Positions 23,005-35,813 of a stretch of DNA of 64,000 bases are shown one piece after another (position 1 is the stretch's first letter; every line of letters starts with the position of its first letter). The DNA is from Mayamaea pseudoterrestris (Eukaryota). Below the pieces are notes generated by a model. That model saw only the letters and a list, made by a program, of their open reading frames with translations, did no database searches and was not told where the DNA came from. Position numbers and translations under genes: made by a program. Location: positions 2,294,001 to 2,358,000 of the forward strand of contig BROI01000001.1 of assembly GCA_027923505.1 (NCBI GenBank), in the 5' to 3' direction.

Positions 23005-23346
23005 GGTTGATCTATGAATGCCTCCAGTGGTAATATGATAACTCTATTGTCCTTGTAGACGAGATACCAAGTACATCAAGAAGAGTGCGAAGTCATGTGA
23101 CTTGAAAGATCTTGTCAGCGGTCGATGAATCGCATCGGTACTTACTGAGACACTACTTTAGCTACGTAACGTATGACTACTCTTCATTCATCATTGGCAA
23201 ATAGTGCGCATAGCACCCTTTGCTCAATTTTTCTGTTACGTATAAAAATTACCACTACAACTGCACATTCAATACACGCAAATCTATATGTCTTTAAAAA
23301 CACGCTAGCTCCATTGCACGTCAACATGAAGGTGGACCAGTTGGTT

Positions 23347-25781
23347 TCACTCATGTGAGACAGACTCTTCCGTGCCATTGTCGTCGTCGTCGTCGCTTTC
23401 ACTGTCCTTGGAAAAGTCTTTTACCGCTGGTGGCGTCATAATGTAATCTTCCAAATCGTCAATCGACTCCAGCGCTTCGTCTGAAGCGTCGCCAAACAAG
23501 GCCTCATTCAGTTTGATATAATCAATTGACTTGCGTCGCCGCTTGCCAGCGACAATGTTCGCAGTGTCTATCTTCCCTTGACCCGAACCACTTATCTGAG
23601 TGACACTGGAGCTTTCCGTGGACGTACCACCTCGCTTGCGAAGCCGCTTGCTGAGCCGACGATTCGATCCATTGACAATTACATCGCTAACGTCATCAAC
23701 ATCAGATAGCGCTGCAACTTCCTCCTTGTCAATGTGTAATTCGACGCTGGATAAATCACCCAGCGATGCTTGACTGTTTCGGTCGCTTTCGTCAACCGCG
23801 TCGTCGACATGTACACTGTCAGCTTCGCCTTGTTCTGGGTCAAAATCTTCCTCGTCATCGTCGTCGTCGTCATTCATGGCATCTTCATTGATTCCATCGG
23901 CAGGTTCATCCTCTCCAAGAACTAGCGCCAGGAATCGCCGCGTAAGAGCGTTTCGTACGCCACTCTTGAGTTGGCTTGCCGCCTCAAACTCCCGTTGCGA
24001 GTCTGGAAACACCTCGTCAACGCCGTCCCATGATTTAAGCGAATCCGTCACGGCGACTACACGCTTTTTGCGTCCACCTTCGATTGCCAATGCGTGACGC
24101 CTTTGCTCCCAGTCATCACCCATGTATTCCCCTTGGACAAAACCGACAAGTTCAGCAATTCCGACGCAAATGGGACAAAACCAGTCGTTTTCATCATCAC
24201 TTTCGTCAATAGTGACACGCGGAACTACGCAATCCTGATGATAAGCTCTGTAGCATCCTCGTCCGTCGCACAAAACCATGTCGTTGTCGTCCGTCGCTTC
24301 GTACGAAAGGCAAACGCAGCACTGCAAGTCCTCCAGTGACACTCCACTGGCGTCGTCGTCACCAGCCGCTGTTATTTTTTCTTTTAACATCTTTTTCGCC
24401 CAATGGTGGTTTGCATGACACAAATGATGATTGTTGGAATGTATTTCCGGTGCAGCGTTGCTTGAAGCCGTACTCGCGAGTCTTCCATCTCGCAAACCCT
24501 TCCGCGTAGTAATCTTTGCTGCGACTAAACTAGAGGCGATGGTACCACCAACAATGGCAATCTCCTCTGGTATTGGCTGGTGGTAATGATTACTGATTGT
24601 CGAGTCAGGTGTAGCGACACACTTCGCCGCTGCATCATTCAACGCATCGTCACTTGCGTGCAAGCGCATTTCACTCGTCCGAGGTTCCACTCGCCTGTAC
24701 TGAAGTAGATCTATTCCGAACGGAAACAGAACCCGGACCACAAAGTCATGATTCGTCTCATCCAGTTTCAAACTCGCCTCCTCTAACAACTGATAAGCAG
24801 TCGGAGTAGATCGACGGATTGCTTCCACGTTGAGCAAAAGTTTGCGAATATTCCACTTTGCAGAACACAGTTTCATCAAAACTTGCACCAACTCTTGCGA
24901 AATGGGACGCTTTGAGTTATTGGTATGCTGCAAAAAGTAGTTTCGATTACGCCGTGTACTCGTGAGCGCGTCAAGTGCAGTTGCTGCTTGTCGGTGATTC
25001 GCCAACTGGGTCTGTAGGTATTGACGAAGCTTTGCGAATTGCTGCTTGTAGAGTAAGGCCTTGGCATGAGCCGCTGAGAGTTCCCATGCGACTTCCTGGG
25101 CATGAATCAGGTCGAAAGGCTGCGTTGGAGGTGATCGGAATAGGGCGTCATACCGAAACACATGCGTCGGCTGCTGCGACGTTCGCTTCATTCGCTTGCC
25201 TCCACGCTGTTGCTTCGTATGCTGCTTGTCTCGATGGTCTTGCTCACGCTGCGTCTGACACAAAAGACAATGCCAGGAGCCTCGAGGAAGCAGTAAGAGC
25301 GGAACAAAGTGACATTTCTGGTGGTACAAGCGATCGCAAGAGTCGCAGTACACCAATGCATTGCAAGGATCGTAAAGTGTCGCAGGAAGGTACGGATCCG
25401 TTGGCCGAAAGTAAAAGGACGACTGAGATGAAACTTCCTCCTTTTCTTTTTCATCATAGTCTTCCATTCGATCTTGCTGAAAAAAGGCTGCTCGATCCGA
25501 AAAGTCTAGACAGCAGTGACAAAGGCAGCATGCTCCAATGTCCAAGGATGCTTCGTCGTCGTCGTCGTCATTCTTCGGTTCCTTCTTCGCTGAAGCGTTC
25601 GTTTCAGCTGGTAAATAGATATGAAATGTAGCATCTGTTAATATACCATTGCAGCCTGTCGAATCTGTCTCGCATCAAAGTGACAGTGATAACGTTCGTC
25701 CACGGTGACTGACGAAACAAGCCGTCGCTTACCTTGCTGCTGATGCAGCTGCTTCTTCTTCTTCTTGTGACGACTCGTCAT
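23347..25781 (-). CDS. PHD-finger chromatin protein (two PHD-like fingers), PRH/HAT3.1-like; exons 25781-25733 and 25607-23347
   Basis: Motifs CDSCDRLYHQKC...WHCLLC and CCVCLSYEATDDNDMVLCDGRGCYRAYHQDC...WFCPIC, an acidic tract and RRRKSIDYIKLNEALFG. The short first exon is inferred from an in-frame GTAAGC...CAG intron. Confidence 0.85.
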
Positions 25782-26201
25782 GCTTGTCAATATCAAGCAG
25801 TCACTCTTCTTTCTTCTGGCTTCCAGTCGGCTCAATGGTCAATCGTTTTACCCTTATAAACTAACTGCAGTCGGCCGAGGAAGGACCTGTCGGTGGTCGT
25901 CGCCCTTGTGAATGACAACATTCGTGATGACGGAGAACGAGAAGCGCGCGCCGGTTGATTCGACTTGTAACCTCAGCGCTAACTGTGAGTGGCACGACTA
26001 CCGTAGTACTCGTACCAGTTAGCTAACGTACGTGCTGCACGACAACAGTCCATCGCTTACTGTTAGTTCGCTTGTTTACCATACACGTTTGTATTGCAAC
26101 CACTCCAATGTATTTAACAAAATGCAAACTAATAGTAAAATGTAATACTCGACGCCCTAACTAAACCTAACAGCAACTTCACAGTTGTCAAACCCAGAAG
26201 T

Positions 26202-27671
26202 TCACCATGACTCGGTCGTTGGCACTGGCGCCGGCTCAGGATTCGCGTAACCTGTAAACACGTTATTGTGAAAGGTTCCCTTTAAAACTTGCGCCCGACG
26301 GTTGCGGTGCTTGTTGGAATCTTTAAAGGTGTAAGTTCCATGCCCGTGCATGCGACCCGCCTGCAAGTCGCCAAGGTAAACGTCGCCACTTTCCACAAAC
26401 TTGAGGACGCCAACGCCATGCGGCTTGCCACGAAACATTGGACCAGAGTAGACAGCTGCCCTAACGCTCCCGTCGGCTGCAGTCAATGAGACTGCATGAC
26501 CGCGAACGCGCGTCGAGGGGTGTGGAGGTGGCGTCGACGCAGATGCGCCCGCAACACTGCCCAAGTCAGCGTCGGGTCGATGAAGAGAATGGTTCCCGCC
26601 GCCATCGGGACTGCCATCCTTGTCCATGTTTGTCAAAGTCGTGGACTGGTGGTCTGGATACAAGTTGGTCAAGCCAGAATTGACCGAAACGTTGCAGTCA
26701 TCGCCATGGTACACTTCAATCTGCTCAATCGGCAAGTAGCTAGAATTGTCGGCTTCATTATGAGGCTCGTGATCATCGTAGACTGTAACTGGTTGCTGCA
26801 GCTGCAGCGTCATGTTGTTCTGGTCTTGCGGCGTGCCAATGTTCTTGTAGAGACTCGTCAAGTAGTCCACTGGCTGTTGTTGCTGCTGTACAGTTTGCTG
26901 CACCATGAGCTTGGCTCGCAAGGCTTGAATCTCGGCTTGCTGCTGCGCGATTATTCCTTCACTTTGCGACAAGCAGACACGGCAGTTTGGGAGTCGGCAA
27001 AATTCGCGATGCGTCAGTAGGGTATTCCGCTCCCACCTTTTCGAGGTTTCTTCCAGCAGGCGATTCAATGCGCTGAGCGAATCTTCGTCGTCGTCGTCCT
27101 CCATAACATCGTCTTCGTCATAGTCTTCACCATCGTCTTCGTCTTCATCATACTCGTGAGCATTAGTGTCAAAGGAGCCAATTTCGTAGCTTCCAAGATC
27201 AGCTTGTTGGACTGGATGATTCACAAGGACCAGCGCCGTGGACAAATGACGCTGCAAATCCCAAGCAGCTTCATCGTCTTCAGTATTGGAGCGGCCGCGG
27301 ACCGAATTGTCAGTCGGCTCGCTGTTTTCGCCGCTGCTGCAGCTTGTGCAAGTGGCGGCTGTTCCGGTGCTTTCCGAGTAAAAGAGGTGCGGCGGACGAG
27401 TCAAACTTGATGATGCTGCGGGTCCATTCGTCCTTGCCGCCGATGACTGAGATGCGAGCGGCGAGGAATCTAGAGAATTCGTTTCGACATTGGACTTGCG
27501 GAGCTGTCCTGGAAAAGATGAATCTCCAGATTGCCCTGCATTCTCCTGCAGAGGAACTTCGAGCGCCGCTTGCTGCTGCTGTTGCTGCTGGCGTTTTTTG
27601 CGGTTTAAATGATTCAAATACGCCGACGTTACCGAGTTACGCGGAGGACGAAGCGCCGTGATTGCAGTCAT
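26202..27671 (-). CDS. Low-complexity protein with C-terminal MORN repeats
   Basis: C-terminal VYSGPMFRGKPHGVGVLKF..GDVYLGDLQAGRMHGHGTYTF. The start at MTAITALRPP was chosen over the upstream GTG. Confidence 0.8.
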   Translation of the reverse strand: MTAITALRPPRNSVTSAYLNHLNRKKRQQQQQQQAALEVPLQENAGQSGDSSFPGQLRKSNVETNSLDSSPLASQSSAARTNGPAASSSLTRPPHLFYSESTGTAATCTSCSSGENSEPTDNSVRGRSNTEDDEAAWDLQRHLSTALVLVNHPVQQADLGSYEIGSFDTNAHEYDEDEDDGEDYDEDDVMEDDDDEDSLSALNRLLEETSKRWERNTLLTHREFCRLPNCRVCLSQSEGIIAQQQAEIQALRAKLMVQQTVQQQQQPVDYLTSLYKNIGTPQDQNNMTLQLQQPVTVYDDHEPHNEADNSSYLPIEQIEVYHGDDCNVSVNSGLTNLYPDHQSTTLTNMDKDGSPDGGGNHSLHRPDADLGSVAGASASTPPPHPSTRVRGHAVSLTAADGSVRAAVYSGPMFRGKPHGVGVLKFVESGDVYLGDLQAGRMHGHGTYTFKDSNKHRNRRAQVLKGTFHNNVFTGYANPEPAPVPTTESW

Positions 27672-28956
27672 GATACTAACAGAGACTCTAGCAGTACTTG
27701 CTGTAAAAACTACTTGCGATAAATAGACTTGAGAAAGCAAGCAATTCACTTGTCTCGACTTGCAAAAGGAGTGGGTGCGTTGTGCCTCGCACATCCACTC
27801 GTTGGTGGCGTGGCGTGGCGTGATTCAAACCAATCGACGTTGGTTTCGAATGGCACATGAGAGGCTTATGTCGAAAGCATGCGGAGTATACCTGCCACGC
27901 CAATTTTGGTGAATAGCCAGCCAATGAATGCTCGCCAATGCATGTGCCTTCAAAACGTCAAGGTTCGCACTTGAATCTTGCTTGATTTTGTGACTCCCCA
28001 TGGTACCGGTAGGCCATTTCCGTCGGTCCTTCGAGTTTGAGAACATTCGACCATGGAGGCTTGCGACAAATCGTCTTCGGTCGCATAGTACACGGTAGTG
28101 ACAAGCTCGATATAGTTTTGGCAAATTGGATATTGACGCTTACCAAACAATACAGTTTCTCTCGCGTCCCTCTTGCCCCGTACTTGCGATTGATATATGA
28201 TATTACTGATACGGCGGTTTCTAACGTGGTGGACGAAGAGTGATTCGAGTACGAATAAGAAGTTACCGCTACTCGGATATATATGTGAAATTAGGCTACA
28301 GTAAATGAAAACCGGGTGGTTCATGGTGCTATAATGGTATTTAAACTTCCGGCTTCCGAAGTAAGGCAATTTTTGGATCCTTCCTTTGGCGGCGGCGATG
28401 CTCGAGCTATTTAATTCGGTTAACTAAAAGGCCTAATACAAGTGTCTGTGTACCCACTTAGCTTTGGGACTGTTAGTAAACTCTAAAGAGCTCGTTTTGT
28501 CGCGGTACCAAATTCAATGATACATGATGATGCCGACTGCCGATACTGCTGACGGCAGACGGCATATTGGCTGTCAGCACTTGATTAGCTCATTCGGTTC
28601 TGGATGAAGACGGCATAGCAAGTCGCGTATGTGAGATTGTGATCAAGTAATAAGCCAGGGTCATGGAAAAACTTTCTCAAAGTCGATTTCCAAGGCGTGT
28701 GGCGAATGGTCATGGTCGGCGCACGGCGCGCTTGAAATAACGAGTACCGGTCTAGACTCGCCCGGCTCGGTTACGACACAAACCTGCTTATTTAACCATC
28801 GCTGCCTGCTCGCTAGCGATTCCAGCGAATCCATTATTTTTTTGTCGTCATGAATCCGGCCACCAAGGCTTGCAGCTACTAGCACCTCGACTGCGTCTTC
28901 CCAGGCAGGCCTGACGACTGAAAAGGCTAGGACTGTACACTGCAATCGTCCTTGTC

Positions 28957-31140
28957 ATGTTGGCAAGCGTAAGAAATCGAATTGCCCAAGGCGATTTGCT
29001 TGGCACCAGGTCGATCAACATTGGATCATCGGCTCCATCGGCGGCACCTTCCAATTCCGGCGGCCAGTGGCCGTCCATTATGATGGCACCACCAAGCATT
29101 GCGAACGACGGAGGCGATTTCTACGATCAAATTCATTCAGAAATCAAGGATCTGCGGAGTCGCGTTGATGTGAGGTTAAGAGACGTTGTTTCAAATGGAG
29201 AGAATGAATTAGACTTTCTCACCGAGCAATTGGATGCACTGAAAAGACTGGAAACAGAGGAAGGGATGATAAACTTTGCAGCTGAAATGGAAGCCCGCAA
29301 TGATTTTTCTAACAAAATTTTGGTTGCTGAGTCTCCCTTGGACGATGCATCGGAGGGAGGAAAATCGTTTGACGATTTGCAGATTTCATCCTCGGCAGCG
29401 ACTGAACCAGCGAATAATCGCCGGCAGATTGCTATGGCGCGACGACTACACAAAATTAACTTCCCCGACGAAGACACTATTGCCGAGTCAGATGCTGAAA
29501 CGGAGGAATCCTCCAAGAGTGACTACGTTTTTCAAAACTCCATGATCATGGACAAACCGCAGGCTGCAAGGAAAAATGACGCCGTCACAAAAGCACGTGA
29601 GCTTGCCAGCCCAAAGTTTCGACATTTCTTTCCAGACAAAGAAACAGACAATAGAATCAGTAACAAAGCTACGATGAAGAGCCTCGTGGACACTCCCTCA
29701 GAGTCAAGCGCCATTGTGCCAGTGGCAATAACTCGATCTCCGTACGCAAGTCAAATGCGCGCATCCGTACAGCCGACAATCTATAACCGGCAGCAGTCAA
29801 AAGGTCAAGTAGGTGATTCAAGACCAAACATGAGTCAAATTCGCAACTTGTCCCAGCACGTTCCGTCGCTGCTGGATGGATTAGAAAGCCCAAGATCACC
29901 TCAGGTGACGCGCGAGCGCGAGCCGCCTGATACAGAGGTTGTCAGGCGTCGAGCAATTGTTCCTGATCCAAGTGGGGTCGACAACCAGCTGGCAATAAGT
30001 CCATCGCGCAGCGGACGTTACTTGCAAAGGAGCGACATAAGTGCCCAAAAGAACACAGGGCATCGCGATTCACAGCTCGACGAATTCATGTCATCACTCG
30101 ATTACCTCGACAAACAACATCAAGCGTCGTCTGCTGCAACACCACAAATTTCTCCTCATCCGTCACATACCCCATCAGTTAAATCCAGTGAGTCTGTTGA
30201 AAATCGCATTGTTGCAATCGACAGTAGTGATCTTTATAGCACGGCTATGAGTTCTGCTCTTAGCGTGGCACAATCCGTCGCCAGTCAAAGCTGCGCCTAC
30301 AAGGCCATGAATTTGGAGTCGCTGGCACATAGCTCAGTCACTGATAGTATGGCGCTCCACTCAGAGACTGACATCTTCGCCAAAATCGCAGCTGGCAAAA
30401 CCAACGGTGTCGTGCGGATAGAAAAGGTGCAAGGCCGCGCGCTGTGCGACCCATACGGTGACCGAGGACGTTATACTGGCATTTTGGTCAAAGGCAAACC
30501 ATATGGACATGGAACTATGCACTACGACGACGGTCGCAGCTACACTGGTGATTGGAAGAATGGTCGATGGCAAGGCAAGGGGCGAACGCTGTTTGTGAAT
30601 GGTGATTTTTATGTGGGTAAGTATGTCAAGGACCAGCGGCATGGTCTTGGTCGATATGAATGGAGCGACGGTCGAGTTTACGACGGCCAATTTATCAAGG
30701 ATCGAAGGGAAGGCAAAGGGACGTATACATGGCCTGATGGCGCTATATACGCCGGCGATTTCAATGCGGGACATCGGCACGGTCAAGGATGCTACAAATT
30801 TCCAGACGGATCAGTATACACAGGTGAATTTAAAGAAGGAAAGTACCACGGAGTCGGTGAATGTATATGGGCCGACGGGCGATGGTATCGTGGCGAGTGG
30901 GCTGAGGGCCATGCCCATGGCTACGGCGTTGAGGTCCGACCTGACGGCACGATTCGCCACGACGGCGAGTGGAAGAGCGATCGACCAGTACGAAATGGGA
31001 AGGAGCTGAAGGAGCGCAACATTCAAGACAACACCCGTAGAAAGAACAAGATTCCTGAAGGTGACCGGCCGAAGCGACGTTCGGCTCACCCACCTTCGCC
31101 TGGAATGAAGTCAAAGTTCATCTACCAAATAGATCCATAG
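28957..31140 (+). CDS. MORN-repeat protein (~8 repeats at the C-terminus)
   Basis: Repeated YxGxWxxGxxxGxGxxxxxxG units from DPYGDRGRYTG to DGTIRHDGEWKSDRPV. Confidence 0.9.
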   Translation: MLASVRNRIAQGDLLGTRSINIGSSAPSAAPSNSGGQWPSIMMAPPSIANDGGDFYDQIHSEIKDLRSRVDVRLRDVVSNGENELDFLTEQLDALKRLETEEGMINFAAEMEARNDFSNKILVAESPLDDASEGGKSFDDLQISSSAATEPANNRRQIAMARRLHKINFPDEDTIAESDAETEESSKSDYVFQNSMIMDKPQAARKNDAVTKARELASPKFRHFFPDKETDNRISNKATMKSLVDTPSESSAIVPVAITRSPYASQMRASVQPTIYNRQQSKGQVGDSRPNMSQIRNLSQHVPSLLDGLESPRSPQVTREREPPDTEVVRRRAIVPDPSGVDNQLAISPSRSGRYLQRSDISAQKNTGHRDSQLDEFMSSLDYLDKQHQASSAATPQISPHPSHTPSVKSSESVENRIVAIDSSDLYSTAMSSALSVAQSVASQSCAYKAMNLESLAHSSVTDSMALHSETDIFAKIAAGKTNGVVRIEKVQGRALCDPYGDRGRYTGILVKGKPYGHGTMHYDDGRSYTGDWKNGRWQGKGRTLFVNGDFYVGKYVKDQRHGLGRYEWSDGRVYDGQFIKDRREGKGTYTWPDGAIYAGDFNAGHRHGQGCYKFPDGSVYTGEFKEGKYHGVGECIWADGRWYRGEWAEGHAHGYGVEVRPDGTIRHDGEWKSDRPVRNGKELKERNIQDNTRRKNKIPEGDRPKRRSAHPPSPGMKSKFIYQIDP

Positions 31141-31252
31141 CTCCAATAATTTTGAATTGTATGAGACTTACTAAAGGCTTGGATAAATATCTTTGTACTA
31201 CAGACAGATTTACATGACAGTTATACATTGAATAATTAAATGCCCATCATCA

Positions 31253-33970
31253 TCAGATGATCGGTTCGTCCTCGCGCCATAGGCCGTCGTGGCGAACGGT
31301 TCCATCAGAGAATGTTTCGATACCTTTGCCATGCGCCATCCCGTTCAGCCATTCACTGTTAAATAACAATATCGTTAGACTTGCAACCAAGCGCGAAACA
31401 CCCGTTGCGTAATGATTACATACCCTTTGTAACACCTGCCATCCTCCCACGAGCAGACGCCATAGCCACTGTATCTTCCGTCCTTCCATGAGCCTTCGTA
31501 CTTGCCGCCATCGCTAAATGTGTATTGGCCTTGTCCTTCCCGCTGTCCGTTGCGAAACTCTCCCTCGTAAACTGCCCCATCGGGCCAAATAAACTTGCCC
31601 TTGCCGTGCCGCTTATCCTCGCGAAACATTCCATCGAAGACACGGCCATCGTGCCATTGATAAATGCCTCTCCCATGGCGTTGATCGAATCGATACTCGC
31701 CTTCGTATGTATCGCCATTCGCGAATGACGCTCTTCCAAAGCCATGCCAACGCCCATGTCTCCATTCGCCTGCATACGTGCGCTTGTCCTCGTGATATAC
31801 CATTTCTCCGTATCCATGTGGCATGCCAGTCGATCGCAGAATGATTCCAGTATATTCGCCCTTGTCGCCATAGGGATCCATGATGGTTTGCTTTTGCGCC
31901 TTGATTCGGTCTTCCCCAAATGTTGACGAGGCTACTGTATGTCCAACACTGGCGTTGTCGTCGACAAATGAAACTCCACCTGTCCTACTCTTGGGCGACT
32001 TCGGTTTTTGCGGCAAGATGGCTCGAGCGGCAGCTGGGTTCGTACCGGGCGAACGCGGTGGCAGGTTACGAGGTTGTCCATTCGATACGCCAACGACATT
32101 GTCACTCATCGCAACGACTGGTCGAGGAGGTGTGGTTGGATAATCTAGTTCTTGAGAAGTATCATTTACTGCGGCGTTTCCCTTATTGCCACTCGCACCG
32201 AACTCTGGAACCTGCGACTTGTTTTGATGCTGAATGTGCAAAGGTATGCTCGTCCCAAAAGTGATATTCTCCTCCAGTGGCACTGGCGGTGGTGCTCCTC
32301 CGTCAAATCCAATGTCCTGAGGAATCGATGCAGCAGCGAGCGAATACTCGTCCAAGTCGGATATTTGATGCGAACCTTCCACTTGTCGCAGTTCCTTGTT
32401 CCAATCAGGTTCACTATAGTTGTTGGAGGCATTCTCGTGCTCCTGATCCTGTTCCTGCACCTGCTCATGGTTTGGCCGACTCACTGGCCCTTCAAGAGCA
32501 TCATTACTCTGTTGACTGCTACCATAGACAACGCCGCCGCCAACAGCCTGGCTACCAAGATCGGCCACATTGTTCCTTCGCGGCGACGCATTCAGAAGTT
32601 CGGTTGCTCGCGAGGTCAGTGGGCCAACCTTACGCTTGTATGCATTCTTTTGTGCCTGTGTTTTGCTTGCCCGCGATCGCCCCGACGCACTATTTGCATC
32701 CGACGCCGGCCAAGTGATGCTATTGCTGTCGAACTCATCCTTGCCTTCATCCGACAAGTTTTCGCCCATGGAGTTGCCTGTGCCAACCGACTCATCGTGT
32801 GCTTCGTTGCCATTAAGTTGGGGTTGCTGAAGCAAATGACTATTGTTAACATTGCCAGACTCGCTTTCGTTAATGCCCGCACCACTTTGAGACTTTCTCC
32901 TATAACTCTGCTGCTGCGCATTGTCTTCAGACGACTGTAAGCTTGACGCCGGCATGAAGTCGGGCTGGAAGAAGGCTGGATCTTCAAACCCATGCCAAGA
33001 GTTGGAACTTGGCGTAGGACTGGGCATGAGATTGGCAGCTGGTGGCGGCGGAGGTTGTTGCTGCATCACGATCATTTGCTTGTCTTGGTTATTATTACCA
33101 GAAGTGCTCTTGCGTCCTTGTCGAGTCTGCATGGCTGCTAACTTGATGAGCTTAAGCTCTTGTTGCATGCGCTGCTCCTGTTGGTGTAGCTTTTCCGTAA
33201 GTAGAACATTATCAAGGCGCAACTGGTTCAAGTCAGCGTTTGCTTGCTCGAGTTGCTGCTTCAATTGCGCATTTTCGTTCTCCTTTTGCCAGATCATCCA
33301 ATCCTGCATTTGCTGCATGCGTTGGATTTGCATGGTGAGTGCATCGTACTGTGCTGGCGAGTTGTTTGGTTGCACTGGCGGCGGTGGACTCGACCAAAAT
33401 GAACCAGGCGGCGCTCCCATGGGCGTGCCTCCCGGCGATGGCCCTTGCGGTGGTTGCGATTGACTCATTTGTAGTGGAGTCGTTGGTAGCGCATGTGACT
33501 GCTGCTGCGGCATGTGCTGCTGATGGTGTTGTTGCTGCAAATGAGCTTGTTGCTGCTGCTGCTGCTGCTGCATGGGACTGGGAGGCGGCAATCCCATGCC
33601 TGGGTATCTTGGCGGCAATGAATGCGAGGTTGGCGACGGCTGACTAGTCGATGGATGATTCTGCTGTTGGTGTTGCTGCTGATTATGGAATGGATTCTGC
33701 TGCTGCAATTGTGGCGCAGACGGATGCTGCTGATGCATCATTTGCGTCGGAGCTCCGCCTTGGTTCGCTGTAGAAGAAGCTGGCTGATACATTTGCTGCT
33801 GCTGCAAATCGTACATTGGACGTGTCTGGACTTGTACTGGTACTTGCTGCTGCTGTTGCATCTGCTGGTATTGGTGCTGGGTGTTTTGCGACGACAGCAC
33901 CTTTTCTTCGGAGGAGGTCGCTCGATTACTCCACTGGAGCGTCTCTACTGGGGGTCCTGCATCGACGGAG

Positions 33971-34002
<32 letters not shown>

Positions 34003-34344
34003 ATCTGCATGATGCACCATGGCAATGGGAGGTTGCTGCTGCATATTATTTTCCATGCCGGCATTCCCATCGCTAGCAATATTAGTAGCATTAGGTGCTG
34101 TAGTTCCAAGTTCCTGCAATTTCTGCTGCACCAAGGCTTGCTGCTCCTTTAAAACGGATCTTTTTTCATAAAATTCCATTTCACATTCGCGACAAAGAGC
34201 GTTCCGATCATCGTATCTTCCGCCGTGTTTGGGACAGGTAAAGACTCGCTCGCCGTGAGCCATTGGCACTAATGTTGACTGCATGGTTGCGTACGTCCCG
34301 GCGCCCCAAGAGTCAATCGACTTGGCGTCGCTATTGTCGGCCAT
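31253..34344 (-). CDS. Q/P-rich coiled-coil protein with ~8 C-terminal MORN repeats; exons 34344-31424 and 31355-31253
   Basis: MORN units from DPYGDKGEYTG onward. The intron at 31423-31356 (GTATGT...CAG) restores CYKGEWLNGMAHGKG...DGTVRHDGLWREDEPII. Confidence 0.9.
33971..34002 (-). repeat. Perfect (CAG)n microsatellite encoding polyglutamine
   Basis: About 10-11 uninterrupted TGC/CTG triplets on the + strand, inside the MORN gene. Confidence 0.9.
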
Positions 34345-35813
34345 TTTATTCTTTTAATGAATATTCCAAGTAGTGTAAGAATAGTGTAGCTCAAGAGTAT
34401 TCTCACAGTCGCCTACTCAAGTGCAGGAAGAAGGGGTGCGGCTAGAACGGAGCTGATAAATCCACCAAAACGACTAACGCAGACGCTCAACGGTTTCCCT
34501 AAATAAAACGCTCGTCAAGTCGCTCACAGCCAATAGACTTCTAGCTAGTTGTGAGTTGTCTGGTTCCTTGTAAGGTCAAAAGACTGCTATGCGAGTGGAA
34601 TCAACAAGTCCTTTTGAAGCTAGCAAGATCGACAGGTCACACGCAAAACGTGTGATGCGCAAGTCGCGGCGACCGCGAGCGTGACGTCGACACTTATGGT
34701 GAATAATGGATACAAGTATCGTACCGGTATCGATTGAGACGCGAGTGATTTTTCGTTTTTCTCGACCATCGACAATCAGCTCGCATTGACGCTCCTGATC
34801 GATTCAGATGCATATGTTTACAATAAGTTGTCCCCTGAACATAGTGGGTGCTTGATCCATGCTGTCTGTGTTACATGTAGCATGTGACTATCAATTTTAT
34901 CTACTGTCAATGAGGCAAGAAGGGCTCGTTTCGCTCGTCGGGAAGAGACAAGAGACTTATCCTTCGGAGTAATATATTGTACATTGATGGAACGAACGAG
35001 TCAACGAGGTGAAGGCTTGTAAAGCATGGCTTTGCAGGCAGCCGAGTACGACAAAGGAAGATTATCGACATCAAACACAAACCAGCACAATCAACAATCA
35101 TTAATCACCACCACCATTCCATATTCCATCCGATGTCATCGTATACTTATCAGCAGTCTTGCGAGCCATCGTTTTTAGTATCAGACTGTAAGTTAATTCA
35201 TCTTTATCTGGTTGGTACTTTGGAAGAGGGAGTGCCAAGTAACATTCAGTGTCGTCGCGTTAAATCGCAGAGACTGAAACGTCGAGTAGGATGCTAAACG
35301 TCTATTGTTTTTGAGGGCATGCACTTTATAAGATCATCTGGAATGCGAACGAGTCATTCATCGAGTGTTCTACCGGAAGTGGGTTTGCTAATGTGGTTTG
35401 AGCTGCCGATGGACCGCCTTGCGCCTTGCCTTTAGCAAGCCCCAGCACTTGCCTATTATTCACAAGCGATTGTACACAGAATGAATCGTTAAACTTGCTT
35501 TGCTACCACTTTGCTATTGATGCGATTGTCGCAAGACATACTGGTGTTTGGGAAAGTGCTAGGTCAGGAAGTCGGTCGATCGAACTATACAAGCTATTAT
35601 TGGAACCTGCCGGTACAATTTCCCGGGTCGTATAATTCAGAATAAAGCTTGTTGCTCGCCACAAATACAATGTCTTGACAAAGAGTTGCTTTATAAGGAA
35701 TCGTAGCTGCAATGTCTCACAAGCGAGCTTGCACATAGGCAACGCCAATCGATTAGGGTGACGCTACGGCAAGAGCAACCAAAGTGATTCCGCGTTACCA
35801 CTTGTGCAGCAGT

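Noticed and set aside
28290..28400. Sm-site-like GGCAATTTTTGG preceded by TGAAAAC, reminiscent of U4 snRNA
   Set aside because: The U6-pairing 5' region and the kink-turn stem of U4 are not recognisable upstream, so this is probably a chance match in AT-rich intergenic DNA.
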